Shown here piece by piece: positions 44,555 to 55,332 of a stretch of DNA of 64,000 nt (position 1 is the stretch's first letter; each line of letters opens with the position of its first letter). A program made the position numbers and the translations under genes. Source of the DNA: Bacteroidota bacterium (GTDB lineage: Bacteria > Bacteroidota > Bacteroidia > B-17B0 > Aurantibacillaceae); NCBI GenBank assembly GCA_021156365.1, contig JAJNDK010000004.1, positions 255,137 to 319,136 of the forward strand, given 5' to 3'. A model generated the notes under the pieces. It had not been told where the DNA came from and did no database searches. It saw nothing but the letters and a program-made list of their open reading frames with translations.

Positions 44555-46228
44555 CTAAATAATTAAATCTAAAATTCCTTTTTTTATTGTTTGTTTTTCC
44601 CGGTACGTAATGTTCAATGCCACGATATGCTCGCAGGGGCCTTTGAACAATTTATTCTGCATATAATAATTGCATTCGCATCGTGCAGACACCACTGTTT
44701 CATCCCTGCTCAATACGATCTCCGGCTTGTATGTTTTTCCTTTGTCGGTAACACTGCCTGCCACTCTCAGCCCGCCTTTATCAGCTTCGGTAATGGCGTT
44801 GAGCTTCACAGCATCCGTATCGCTGAAGATCCGCGCAGCTTCTTCCCGCGCATTGGCAAAACGTAATTTTTTTCCATCGATCGGATCGCGGCTCAGTTCG
44901 CGGATACGATACACTCTTTTATTGATATCATAGATCGCACGTCCCGATTGGGCAAAAGCAAGCAGTGAGCTCATGACAGTTGTTTTATCCAGCTGTACTT
45001 TGGAAGCAAGAGCATCTGTTTTACTGAACCAGGTTTCCCGAAGTGCGGTGTAAATTTTTTGCATCGCCATTACGTCCGTTTCCCGGCGCGGAGCCAGCAG
45101 GTCGAAATTTCCTTGTCCTGACCAGTCATTGGCAGTCCAGCCCGAAAGACCAAGCGTGAAGCTCATATCGCCCATGTCGGCAATAAAGAACGAAGGAAGC
45201 CCCGTTCCCATTAACACGACATTAAATTTTTTGGTAACGGGGATCAGGCGTTCCAGTAACAACAATCTTCTTCTGCCCCAGATGCGGATCTCTGTTTCTG
45301 CTGAACCTTTGTACAAGGAGCGTGGGCAGTCCAGCACAAAACCCCAGGGTTCGAACAGGATCTTCACTGGTTCACCCGGTTTCAATATAAAACGTAAAGA
45401 GCGTGGACCTTCTTTTTCTTTTTTCCGTTTCAGGTGGAAACAAATATTGTACACATCCATCGGATGCAATTCTATTTCCGCTCCACCCAATGTCATGGCA
45501 GAATTCACCTGCAGAAAGCCCCGTACCCAACTATCAGGCACGTCGATCTTGGTTTCTTTAAAACTTTCCTGCTCGCCGGTTGTTACTTCAAAGCCTGAAG
45601 GATCGATGACGAATTTGGTTTCTTTGTAATCCCGGATCTTCTGGAATTCATCGTACAGCGCCGAAGAATAATCGATGTTGGTCGTGCCGCATTTGAAGTC
45701 GTTGATCTTTGTGAATACCTCGTAGCTGCAGCTCAGTCTTCCATACGAAGATTCGTCTTTGCTGAAACATTCGAAAAACAACTCATCCGGATGCACGGTG
45801 ATCACGGGATCGAGTACGATCCACATATCACGGTCGGAAGTATAGATGTAATTGAAATATTTTGATTTGGCCGTATTGAAGGGACCAAGTATTTTATTTT
45901 TTTGATCGTAAATATCCGAAAGCTCTTTCCGTAGCAGTCCTGCTTTTTGTGTGAGCTCTTCGGAGGTTTTCATGAATTCTGCCAGCCATATCGACTCCTG
46001 TTCTGCTGCCCAGGCTTTGTAATCACTTTTATCTTTGGGCTTGAAACGGAAATCGGAAACCACAATATCATGCAGGGCAGAGATCGCTTCGCGGAAGGGC
46101 AAATGTTTGTTCAGTATCCCGTTGAAGAAAGTAGGATCACGCATTACATCAGGCGAAAACGACATCTCCGTGGAAGAGCCGCTATTCGTCACTTTTGTAT
46201 CTCCGTTGAATTTATAATTGAACTGCAT
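44555..46228 (-). CDS. SWIM zinc-finger domain protein
   Basis: C-terminal SWIM CxCxnCxH (CECNYYMQNKLFKGPCEH); 557 aa; stop is 20 nt from the retron a1 repeat. Confidence 0.7.
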   Translation of the reverse strand: MQFNYKFNGDTKVTNSGSSTEMSFSPDVMRDPTFFNGILNKHLPFREAISALHDIVVSDFRFKPKDKSDYKAWAAEQESIWLAEFMKTSEELTQKAGLLRKELSDIYDQKNKILGPFNTAKSKYFNYIYTSDRDMWIVLDPVITVHPDELFFECFSKDESSYGRLSCSYEVFTKINDFKCGTTNIDYSSALYDEFQKIRDYKETKFVIDPSGFEVTTGEQESFKETKIDVPDSWVRGFLQVNSAMTLGGAEIELHPMDVYNICFHLKRKKEKEGPRSLRFILKPGEPVKILFEPWGFVLDCPRSLYKGSAETEIRIWGRRRLLLLERLIPVTKKFNVVLMGTGLPSFFIADMGDMSFTLGLSGWTANDWSGQGNFDLLAPRRETDVMAMQKIYTALRETWFSKTDALASKVQLDKTTVMSSLLAFAQSGRAIYDINKRVYRIRELSRDPIDGKKLRFANAREEAARIFSDTDAVKLNAITEADKGGLRVAGSVTDKGKTYKPEIVLSRDETVVSARCECNYYMQNKLFKGPCEHIVALNITYREKQTIKKGILDLII

Positions 46229-49200
46229 GTGCTTTTTCTTTTTGATAGACCGGCGTATCTTTAATATGAAGTACGGCGTCTACCGAAGGATATTTTTTAC
46301 GGATGTCTGTAAGCGCTTTTATATACAATGCTTTGTCAGTGATGGCAGCCGAGGCCGACATGCGATTGAATATACTTACGATCAGCAAGGCATTCTTTTC
46401 GTTTTCCAGGGCTTCGGTATGCAGAAGGTTAATGGCCCGCACTTTTGCCGTATGTCCTTTATTTATCTGAGATAACAAGGTTACAAAGAAGCCGCCCAGT
46501 TTTTCCAGCATTTCATAATTGCTTTTTGCATAGTTGTCGAGGAACCCGGAAGCAAAGAGCTGCATACGGCTATCCGGGTGCTGGCTCAACTTCATCAGGT
46601 ATTCGAATCCGTTATCTTTTTCGAACCATTTGCTGATCATTTCTCTCCCGAAAGCTTGTACATCTTCCTTGATACTGTCGCAAAGCGAAACAAACATATT
46701 TACATCCCATTCGTTGGCCGTAAAATTATTCCGGAACAGGTCGAAAGCAAATCTCCGTGTATCTTCCCAGGTAGCGTCTGCCAGCAGTATGGCATTTTTC
46801 CGGTCATTTTTGATCAGGGCAATATTTCCTGTGTAATGAGCGCGGATGAGCTCTCTTAGTTTCAACAGTGGCGAATCAGCGAGGGTATTCAGTTCGCTAA
46901 CAGACAATCCACTTAAAGGAACATATTTTTGGAGCAGAAGCAAACCTAATTCCTGTGCGGCTGAATAACGGGATGCGCAAAGTGAGAGTGTTTTCTTTTT
47001 TTCGATGTACTGTAAAAAGGCTTCCAGCTTCTGAGTGAGCAGGTTGAAAATGTCCTTGTGTAATTCCTCGTGTTTCTCTTTTACCGTGAGCACCGGCAGG
47101 AAGAGGTGAACCAGTTCCGCTCCGGAAGAAGGCTCGGCTTGTAACAAGCGTTCGATCAGCTTTTGAGCGGATTGACGCAGATCAGCAAGCGGGGATAAAC
47201 ACAAGCTCAGGATCAGGTTTTTCTTTTCCAGTAATTGTGCGCTTCCTAAATTATTCAACAGATCGACAGCTGCGGCCCTTGCTATTATACTTTCGGACTG
47301 GAGCAGGGTAAATATTATTTTCTCCGGAACCTGTTCGGCCGGAAGTTTTTTAAGAGCAAGCAGTTTTCCGCCCAGTCCCTGGATCAATATATTCGGGTGC
47401 AGGAGCAGATCAAAAACCATTTCATTGCTAAGCAGTCCTATTGCCGGATTGTAAAAATCCGTAATAAAGGAGCTGATAGCCTGTATGTATGCCTCATCGA
47501 GCTTGTAATCCTTTACACAAATAACATCCAGTATTTTCTGAATGACCTCTGCACCGGTGGATGCTTTTGGTAAATGACTTTTAAGGAAGTTCTCCAACCA
47601 ATCGTGCAGTTCTTTGTCCATCGACAGGATCAGCATGGTCTGGAACACTGCATCATCGGCAAAGGCAGCCGGATTGGAACGAATGAATTGTTGTCCTAAC
47701 TCACGTGCTTCTTTTATTGTGCTCATAAAAAGAGCTACGATGATCTCCGCGTCAGGTATTGTATTCGCAAATTTTTCTTTCACTACATCAAGCCCCAATT
47801 GCTGCACTTTCACGGATTTGTTACGTAAGAGGTCAGCAAGGTGATGGGTTTGAATATAATCTGAAAAGGAAGCATTATTTCTAAATACGGTCAATGCAAA
47901 ATCGGTGACACGCTCGCAATTGCTTTTGGTAAGCAGGCGGACAATGTCTTCCGGCGCTTTATTCCAGAGGCGGGCAAATGCTTCTTCACGGCTCGGCTCA
48001 AACACTTTACCAGGTTCGTATGGAGCCACACATTCCCAAACCTGTTTTGCCTTGTTGAAGCGATAGCGTGTGCTATTGGCATACAGGATATAGTACATGG
48101 AAATATACGAGGAATGCGTATCGAACCAGTTGTTGATCACTTCCGTGGAATAAGTACGTGTGGCGCTGTTGTAGTTGTAATTGATCTTCGATTCTTTCGC
48201 CGGTTTTTCTCCGTCGCCTTCATCATCATAACGAAGCAAAATAGAGGTAGCGAATTTTGTATAGGAAAGTGATTCATCTTCTCCGAGCTTACGCAAGGTC
48301 CGCAAAGTCCTTCTGCCGAAATATTGTTTTGTTTTTTTGGAAAATGCCTTGGTACTGTTTTCTTTTTGCAGCTCATTCCGTATCGGCCCCCAGTTTTTGT
48401 CAATGTATTCGTAGGAGTCGGCGCTGCTGAATGTGCCCTGTGCTTTCTCGATCTTTTTTACGAATACTGCGTAGGTGTCCGCATCGTCCAGCATTTCTGC
48501 GATTTTATACAATTGCCGGATAGCCCTGAAATAACCGGCTTTTACCGGGATCACATCCAGTGCTTTGGTGAAAGCCGTTTTTAGCTGCTCGTTGGAACGG
48601 GATAATAAATAGAGCGGAACGGCAAATTCATTTACACCGGTTCCGAAACGGCTGAAAACGTCCTTGAGGTATACTTCCGGAATTCCATTTTCCAGTGTGA
48701 ATACCATATTGATGCTTTCCGGGAGCTTTCCACGCAGCTCTTTTAAAAAGGCTTCCTGTTCCTTTCCTTCCAGGATGTTGGAAAGCGCAGCCAAAGCCAG
48801 ATTTCGGATATAAGAAGGAAAATTACCCGCCGCTATTTCCTGTAAAAAAGTCGTGGATTTCTGGTCGCCGATCCTGCCGATCGTGCGAATACAGGAATAG
48901 AGCAGGAGCAGGTCTGTTTTGTCAATGAGCTTTAGAACAAGTGGCGCAGCTTCTTTTAAATTCAGCTCTCCTGCTCTCCAAACAATTCTTGACAAAGGCC
49001 AGGTTTCGTTCTCCTCTTCGTTAATGGCTGCTTTCAGGTCTTTGATAACAGCTTTATCTCTTTTATTGCCGGTAGTTTTAGGTGCGGCAATTTCCGCTTG
49101 AAATGCTGGGTTTTCTCCTGTGGCCGCATAGCCTTTTTTTCTTTTCTCGTCTTCCAGTACGGCAAAGATCTTTTCGGCTTCGGTTTTACTTACGGGGAAA

Positions 49201-49256
49201 ACGGTTTTACTTCCTTCCTTCAGTGCCGCACCTCTCCGGCCATAGCGGAAATTCAC
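46212..49256 (-). CDS. large alpha-helical HEAT/ARM-repeat-like protein (DUF4132/MolR-like?)
   Basis: 1014 aa, all-helical repeat composition (ALAALSNI, AAAVDLLNNLG); 17-nt overlap with the SWIM gene. Confidence 0.5.
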   Translation of the reverse strand: MNFRYGRRGAALKEGSKTVFPVSKTEAEKIFAVLEDEKRKKGYAATGENPAFQAEIAAPKTTGNKRDKAVIKDLKAAINEEENETWPLSRIVWRAGELNLKEAAPLVLKLIDKTDLLLLYSCIRTIGRIGDQKSTTFLQEIAAGNFPSYIRNLALAALSNILEGKEQEAFLKELRGKLPESINMVFTLENGIPEVYLKDVFSRFGTGVNEFAVPLYLLSRSNEQLKTAFTKALDVIPVKAGYFRAIRQLYKIAEMLDDADTYAVFVKKIEKAQGTFSSADSYEYIDKNWGPIRNELQKENSTKAFSKKTKQYFGRRTLRTLRKLGEDESLSYTKFATSILLRYDDEGDGEKPAKESKINYNYNSATRTYSTEVINNWFDTHSSYISMYYILYANSTRYRFNKAKQVWECVAPYEPGKVFEPSREEAFARLWNKAPEDIVRLLTKSNCERVTDFALTVFRNNASFSDYIQTHHLADLLRNKSVKVQQLGLDVVKEKFANTIPDAEIIVALFMSTIKEARELGQQFIRSNPAAFADDAVFQTMLILSMDKELHDWLENFLKSHLPKASTGAEVIQKILDVICVKDYKLDEAYIQAISSFITDFYNPAIGLLSNEMVFDLLLHPNILIQGLGGKLLALKKLPAEQVPEKIIFTLLQSESIIARAAAVDLLNNLGSAQLLEKKNLILSLCLSPLADLRQSAQKLIERLLQAEPSSGAELVHLFLPVLTVKEKHEELHKDIFNLLTQKLEAFLQYIEKKKTLSLCASRYSAAQELGLLLLQKYVPLSGLSVSELNTLADSPLLKLRELIRAHYTGNIALIKNDRKNAILLADATWEDTRRFAFDLFRNNFTANEWDVNMFVSLCDSIKEDVQAFGREMISKWFEKDNGFEYLMKLSQHPDSRMQLFASGFLDNYAKSNYEMLEKLGGFFVTLLSQINKGHTAKVRAINLLHTEALENEKNALLIVSIFNRMSASAAITDKALYIKALTDIRKKYPSVDAVLHIKDTPVYQKEKAHAVQL

Positions 49257-49444
49257 TACAAAAGCATCATCACCCGATTCGAGCAGGTCGATCTCATATA
49301 CTTTATCGGAATTTCCTTCCTGGAAAAAAAGCTGTATGGATTTGATGAGTTTCAGAGTAGCTACAAATAGGTTTGTACGAAAATACTAATAAAACTATAT
49401 GCGATACTGCTTGTTAATAAAATGTAGAATAATGAGAAAGATCT

Positions 49445-50092
49445 TTAGGCGTGATCTACGATATCAACGTCGTCGCTGAAATAAACAGGATGTTCATTGT
49501 CGCGCCTGATCAGTAATACCCGTTCGCAGGGAAGATCCATGCGTACCTCTTTTCTGTGTACCCATTCGGCTTTGCCCACTACAGCAATCACTTCGCCCTC
49601 TTCCAATATCCCTTCTTTATAATCAAGCGTTTTATTAAGACCAAGCCAGTCTTCACTTTTTTCCCCGTGTTTTTGCAGGTATTTCTCCAGCCGGGGAGTA
49701 GCGTTGTTTAAGAAACCTGAATTGTATGATTTGTCCGGGTGGATATATGTTTTGACAATATCCGTAGTAATTATGGCAAAGTGTTTCCCGTTTTGAATGA
49801 TCACATCACCCGCCTTTTCTTCATTTATCCATTCATGCCGGTTTTTTCCCTGGCCATGTGTTATGATGACATGATAATAAGCACATTTTCTTCCGGAAAG
49901 CGGTGCAATAAGCGTTTTGCCTCTGAAGACAACGCTTCCTTTGATTTTTACAACTTCTCCTTCCTGTACTTCCCCGATATTCTTCCCTTCTGTTTTCCGG
50001 ATCTTTCTTTTTATAATACTTTTTCTATCGGTATAAATAGTATAGAGAATGGCAAGAGTGAAAATGATCGCAACTGGAAGAATAAAATCCAT
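49445..50092 (-). CDS. membrane-anchored hypothetical protein
   Basis: N-terminal transmembrane helix, 215 aa. Confidence 0.4.
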   Translation of the reverse strand: MDFILPVAIIFTLAILYTIYTDRKSIIKRKIRKTEGKNIGEVQEGEVVKIKGSVVFRGKTLIAPLSGRKCAYYHVIITHGQGKNRHEWINEEKAGDVIIQNGKHFAIITTDIVKTYIHPDKSYNSGFLNNATPRLEKYLQKHGEKSEDWLGLNKTLDYKEGILEEGEVIAVVGKAEWVHRKEVRMDLPCERVLLIRRDNEHPVYFSDDVDIVDHA

Positions 50093-50208
50093 GTAGTATT
50101 AATTAATGGATAAATATAATTAATTCATGGCAAATAAAAGAATTCCTCTTTGCCGGATGCACCCGGAAACATCCAGCTTCACAGGCTTTTATTCTCAGAA
50201 ATATGGGT

Positions 50209-51000
50209 TCAATTTTTAATCTCGAATGTAGCTTCGATCTCATACCGCAGTTTGATGGAACGGAAATCACTTTCACTATTAGCTCCTCCTCCGCTGGCAA
50301 CGTAACTGGAACTATTGCTCAGCATATTCGACTGGTTGGAATACCATGAAGAATAATACCTGTTGTTTTCTCCAAGCTCGCGGATGGCGATCACCTCTCC
50401 TGTTTTTTTTCCGATCCCGTCCAGCAGATAACCGGCTTTTTCTTTTGCTGCTTTCAGCGCATCTGTTTTAACAGTCTTGCGGTATTCCAGGATCTTTTTG
50501 CTGGATAATTCACCAACGTTCATATACTCCACACCTTTAACGGCAAGCTCTGCCACGATCTTATCAATAAGGGAAAAATCCTGGACCTTAAATTTAAGCT
50601 GCTTGCTCATCTGGATATTCCGGCCTTCGTATCTCCAGTAACCGCCTACACATTCGGTAGTGATATCTTCTTTGGCAACTCCCAGCGCGGTCAGTTTTGA
50701 ACGGACTTCCTGTTCTATTTTATCCAGCTTTATCTTTGTTTTGTACTCCAGGTAGCTTTTGCTTGTAAATTCTTCTGCATAGTACTCGCGCATGCCGATG
50801 ACAAATTCTATATCGTCGGGTTTGATGCACATTTCGCTGCTACCGGTTACTTCTATGCTTCTTTCGGAAAACGGTACTTCGGGATGTTGTGTACGCGAAG
50901 TGTATGCAGAGAATACAACCAGCGTAAGAACAATAAAGCCAGTTCCTATCACAATTTTATTTTTGAGTAAAGACTCCAATTCATTAAAAAGATTTTTCAT
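50209..51000 (-). CDS. SIMPL/DUF541-like periplasmic protein
   Basis: signal/transmembrane segment; size and composition fit the SIMPL family. Confidence 0.4.
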   Translation of the reverse strand: MKNLFNELESLLKNKIVIGTGFIVLTLVVFSAYTSRTQHPEVPFSERSIEVTGSSEMCIKPDDIEFVIGMREYYAEEFTSKSYLEYKTKIKLDKIEQEVRSKLTALGVAKEDITTECVGGYWRYEGRNIQMSKQLKFKVQDFSLIDKIVAELAVKGVEYMNVGELSSKKILEYRKTVKTDALKAAKEKAGYLLDGIGKKTGEVIAIRELGENNRYYSSWYSNQSNMLSNSSSYVASGGGANSESDFRSIKLRYEIEATFEIKN

Positions 51001-51020
51001 GCCATTTTATTTTACACCGT

Positions 51021-51611
51021 TTATTTGCCTTTACGTACAGAAGTTCCTTCGAACTCTATCCTCGGATCGAATACACTGATCAGCTCCGACAGCTCATATA
51101 CGTTTTTATAACCATAACCATACAGGTTGATATAAGTAGGGATATTGAGGGCGAGAGTTAATTCTTTTTGCCCGGCTTTAGGCTTTGCAGGAATATACGC
51201 CTTGCTGGCAAAATTGAGATCATCGTTATCGAAGTTATTATTGCAATAGATCAGGATGCGGTAATCGGAGGAAGGAATGATCTTTGCCAGGTTACTTTGT
51301 GTAAAATCAGAAAAATTTAAATGGATCGCTCCTTTTACGTGTTTGCTTTTGTACATCGCATCGGAGCGTGTATCCAGGATGATCGTTTTGGCTTCTCCGC
51401 TCATTTTGAAAAACTCTTCAAGACCGACCAGTCTTGTTTTACGATGGGCCTTTACTTCCGACACCAGTTTTTCGTAGGCATCAAAATCCACTTTTGCAAT
51501 AAGAGAAACACGAGCTGCTGCAGATTTGGTTTGAGCTTTTGCAATGGAGAAGGAAAAGAGGCCGATCAGCAGGAATGCGGCGATTGTGAACTTGTTTCCG
51601 GAGGTTTTCAT
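51021..51611 (-). CDS. rhodanese-like domain protein
   Basis: signal peptide; rhodanese-homology segment (IILDTRSDAMYKSKHVKGAIHLNF...YCNNN). Confidence 0.5.
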   Translation of the reverse strand: MKTSGNKFTIAAFLLIGLFSFSIAKAQTKSAAARVSLIAKVDFDAYEKLVSEVKAHRKTRLVGLEEFFKMSGEAKTIILDTRSDAMYKSKHVKGAIHLNFSDFTQSNLAKIIPSSDYRILIYCNNNFDNDDLNFASKAYIPAKPKAGQKELTLALNIPTYINLYGYGYKNVYELSELISVFDPRIEFEGTSVRKGK

Positions 51612-51755
51612 GATTTCTTTTTTTAAATGATTTTATGTAAAACTACGCCCTGAAAACCGGCTATTTAAGTGCTACTTAGTGAAACGGATGCCTGACTTGG
51701 TGAAACGGCAGCAAGGGATGGTAAAAAAGCCAAAAAGCCTGTAAACACTGATGTT

Positions 51756-53990
51756 TTGGCGAAAATAAAGTTTTTTAATTGCAAATTCCTTGCTAAGTTT
51801 ACATCGGAAATGAGAAAACCCGGATCCATACAGAACCTGCTACATACTTCTGCCTGCCTGCTTGTGTGGATGGGTCCGCCTGTTTTTTTGCAGGGCCAGG
51901 TGAGCCAGCAGAACTCTGTTCCCCCTATACAAAAGGAATATCAGCAAAATTCCACCAAACAGCAAAACTCAGTCTACCAGCCAAAAACAGTGCAAAACGG
52001 CAAAGGAGGTTTTTTTCAAACGACCTCTTTATTGGACGCGTATCTCGATTCGGCCCGTTATCTTTCCAACCGCTCACCAATGAAGGCCGTGGATTTTATC
52101 AATAAAGCCATCGAAGAAAGCATCAATACCAATAACAGGGAAAAGGAAGCGCAGGCATTCCTTATTCTTGGAGATATTCAACAGCACCTGGGACAACATG
52201 ACCTTGCAGTCGAAAACTACAAAAAAAGTATAGGTGCGCTCGACATTCAAAAAAAGAAAAAGATCAATTACAGTTCCGTAGCAAATCAGGTGACCCTGTT
52301 CAATGCGTATAAACAGATGGCCGTTTCGCTTACCGAACTTTCCGGGTATGATAAGGCATTGGAGACGATCAATTTCAGCCTGAGCAAATACGCATATGCT
52401 GTACCTGTAAAAGATCAGATGGAGGCGCAGCGCATTCTGGCGGATGTGTACCTGAAACAGGGAAAAACTCAATCCGCGCGAGAAGTGTTGACCGGGGTAC
52501 TTGAAAAAGAACAGGCTTCCAAAAATACAACAGGGGAGATCCAGACGCTTTTGGCTATCGGGAAAACCTGGCAGAAAGACGGGAACGAGAACACGGCTCT
52601 TGAGTATTATACAAAGGCTAAAGACCTGTCGGAAAAAACAAAGCAGTCTGCGCTGACCATACAGGCGAACGGATCAATGGCAAGTGTGTATCGTGCACAA
52701 AAAAATGTGGACAAAGAAGTACAGGCGCGAAACGATAACATTGCCCTGAACAACAGTACCAATAATCAGATCGCCAATACCAAGGAGAATGTTGAAATAG
52801 GAAATGCTTACCTGAATGTGAACCAGGTGAATCAGGCAGCGAACTATTATAACATCAGCACCCAGCAACAGTCAGTAAATACAGCAAATATGACAAGCAC
52901 GGGTGCAATCCAGGTGTTTTCTTTTCAGCCACAAAAAAAGGAACTGTTCAGTGTAAGTAATGACTTAGGAGAAAGTGCGGATGCATATAAAACACTGGGA
53001 GAGAAATACGCAAAACAAAATCAATTTGAAGAGGCGGCTCTTTATTTCGGGAAGTATGCACAGCTGCAGGACTCCATAAAAAAGATCAGGGACAAAGAGC
53101 TGGACGATGCCATCGCGATCAGTACCAATATAGGGAAGAACCAGCAGCGCATCGACCTCCTGGAAAAAGAAAGGGAGCTGAACGGAAAATCCATCGACAT
53201 CCTGAAGCAGGATAAAGTGCTGAAAGATGAACAGCTTGGTTTGAAGAACGGGATCATCATATCATTATCCGTGATCATGGCACTAATGCTCCTCGCCGTG
53301 TTTTTTATTATCCGGAGCTCGCGCGAGAAGAAAAAGATCCATCAGTTGCTGGCCCTGAAATCACTGAGAGGACAGATGAACCCGCATTTTATATTTAACG
53401 CACTCAACTCAGTGAATCATTATGTATCGCAGAATGATGAGCGCCAGGCAAACCGCTATCTGTCCGACTTTTCGCGGCTTATGCGTTTGGTGATGGACAG
53501 CTCCAAATATGATTTTATTGCCCTGAACGAAGAGCTGGAGATGCTACGCCTGTATCTGCAGCTGGAGCATGCACGATTCAAAGATAAATTTGAATACGAG
53601 ATCCGGGTGAGCGAACAGGTGGAAGATGCGGAATGGGAATTGCCACCGATGCTGGTCCAGCCGTATCTCGAAAATGCTGTCTGGCATGGCCTGCGCTATA
53701 TCGATGGCAAGGGCACACTGAAGCTGGAGCTGGAACAGGTCGGAGCTGAATTGCAGGTAACGATTACGGATAGCGGGATCGGAAGGAACCGTTCGCTTGA
53801 ATTAAAAACACAAAATCAAAAGAAACAAACCTCACTGGGAATGCAAAACATAAGTAACCGTGTGCAGATCATGAATGAGATCTTCCATACCAATATCCGC
53901 GTAGAGATCGGGGAGGCTTTTCCCGGGCAGGCGGATTGCGGCACACGTGTGAAACTAACGATCCCTAAAAAACCGAATACAAATGCTTAA
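51756..53990 (+). CDS. TPR-repeat sensor histidine kinase, LytS/YehU type (paralog of 3792-5702)
   Basis: TPR-like repeats, coiled coil, transmembrane helix, MNPHFIFNALNSVNHYV, HATPase_c; 8-nt overlap with the response regulator. Confidence 0.8.
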   Translation: MAKIKFFNCKFLAKFTSEMRKPGSIQNLLHTSACLLVWMGPPVFLQGQVSQQNSVPPIQKEYQQNSTKQQNSVYQPKTVQNGKGGFFQTTSLLDAYLDSARYLSNRSPMKAVDFINKAIEESINTNNREKEAQAFLILGDIQQHLGQHDLAVENYKKSIGALDIQKKKKINYSSVANQVTLFNAYKQMAVSLTELSGYDKALETINFSLSKYAYAVPVKDQMEAQRILADVYLKQGKTQSAREVLTGVLEKEQASKNTTGEIQTLLAIGKTWQKDGNENTALEYYTKAKDLSEKTKQSALTIQANGSMASVYRAQKNVDKEVQARNDNIALNNSTNNQIANTKENVEIGNAYLNVNQVNQAANYYNISTQQQSVNTANMTSTGAIQVFSFQPQKKELFSVSNDLGESADAYKTLGEKYAKQNQFEEAALYFGKYAQLQDSIKKIRDKELDDAIAISTNIGKNQQRIDLLEKERELNGKSIDILKQDKVLKDEQLGLKNGIIISLSVIMALMLLAVFFIIRSSREKKKIHQLLALKSLRGQMNPHFIFNALNSVNHYVSQNDERQANRYLSDFSRLMRLVMDSSKYDFIALNEELEMLRLYLQLEHARFKDKFEYEIRVSEQVEDAEWELPPMLVQPYLENAVWHGLRYIDGKGTLKLELEQVGAELQVTITDSGIGRNRSLELKTQNQKKQTSLGMQNISNRVQIMNEIFHTNIRVEIGEAFPGQADCGTRVKLTIPKKPNTNA

Positions 53991-54735
53991 AGCCATTATT
54001 GTAGACGACGAAAAGATCAGCCGGGAGATACTGAACGACTACCTGAACAAGTATTGTACGGATGTATCCGTGCTTGCACTGGCCGAATCTGCTGCGCAAG
54101 GCATAGAGTTCATAAAAAAATACAAACCGGACGTGGTGTTCCTGGATGTGGAAATGCCGAAAGGTAACGGCTTTGATTTGCTCGAACAATTGGATGAGAT
54201 CAATTTCGAAACGGTATTTGTGACGGCTTTCGACAATTATGCAATACAGGCACTTAACTATAGCGCGGCTTATTATATACTGAAACCGGTGAGTATCGAT
54301 GAGCTTATTGCAGCAGTAGAAAAAATAAAAACCCAGCGGCAGAAGAACCTGCCTGCATTACAAACGCGCATCCTGCTGGAAAACATCCATGCTTCGGGTG
54401 CTCAGCAGCAAAAGATCGTACTGCCCCTGCAGGATGGTTTTGAAGTGGTGAGCATTGCGGACATTGTACACTGCGAGGCACACGACAATTTCACGGATTT
54501 TTATTTTGTGTCCAAGCAAAAGATGATGATCTGCCGTACACTTAAATTCTACGAAGAGCTGCTGAAAGACTCGGGCTTCCTGCGTGTGCACAAATCGCAC
54601 CTCGTGAATCTGAACCATGTGGTGAAATACACACGTGGAAAGGGTGGACAGCTTACCATGTCGAACAACGCGGTAATTGATGTGTCTCCGAATAAGAAGG
54701 ATGACCTGATGGAGAAATTCGAGAGAGGAAAATAG
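53983..54735 (+). CDS. LytTR-family response regulator
   Basis: receiver domain (IIVDDE...VVFLDVEMP) plus C-terminal LytTR DNA-binding domain. Confidence 0.85.
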   Translation: MLKAIIVDDEKISREILNDYLNKYCTDVSVLALAESAAQGIEFIKKYKPDVVFLDVEMPKGNGFDLLEQLDEINFETVFVTAFDNYAIQALNYSAAYYILKPVSIDELIAAVEKIKTQRQKNLPALQTRILLENIHASGAQQQKIVLPLQDGFEVVSIADIVHCEAHDNFTDFYFVSKQKMMICRTLKFYEELLKDSGFLRVHKSHLVNLNHVVKYTRGKGGQLTMSNNAVIDVSPNKKDDLMEKFERGK

Positions 54736-54794
54736 AGATCATAAAAAAGCCCCCACAGATCTGCGGAGGTTTTTTTAATTTTTAACCGAAAGAA

Positions 54795-55277
54795 TTATTT
54801 CGCTTCAAATGTCCAGGTCTCTCCTGCAGGAGTAGTAAGAACCAGCGCTTTTTCTGTTGCTGAAGTAACAGTATATGCCTGCTCTTTTCCATCGAGGGTT
54901 ACTTTAAGATCTTTGTTATCCGGGCTGATGGTGAAAGTACCATTTTGTGTACCGAATAAAATAGACACTTCCACTTTTCCGTTGTCTTTGAACTCATATG
55001 TAGATCCTTTCAGGAAAGCGTTTGCCATTGCAGATCCAACATCTGTCATTGCATTGGCCATTGTTTCCATACCTTTGGTCATTTCTTTCATTGCTGTATC
55101 TACGCCTGTTACACCAGCCGAGTCGATATTAGTGTTCATTTCCGATGAAATGTCAACTTTCGGAAGACCGATATCCACCAGTTTCCATTTACCGATCACC
55201 GGGCTTGACATTTTGTCTCCGCAAGAGCTTAAGAAAACTACTGTTGCGATCGTAAGGGCATACATTACTTTTTTCAT
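54795..55277 (-). CDS. lipocalin-like lipoprotein
   Basis: lipobox LSSC, 160 aa beta-rich. Confidence 0.5.
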   Translation of the reverse strand: MKKVMYALTIATVVFLSSCGDKMSSPVIGKWKLVDIGLPKVDISSEMNTNIDSAGVTGVDTAMKEMTKGMETMANAMTDVGSAMANAFLKGSTYEFKDNGKVEVSILFGTQNGTFTISPDNKDLKVTLDGKEQAYTVTSATEKALVLTTPAGETWTFEAK

Positions 55278-55332
55278 TGTTTTTTGTTTTTAGGGTTGTT
55301 TTTAAATTGGATCGAAATTAAGAAAAAATTAT

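Noticed and set aside
24010-49256. Prophage or integrative element
   Set aside because: No integrase, recombinase, transposase, capsid or terminase genes were seen. A mobile origin remains possible but is unsupported.
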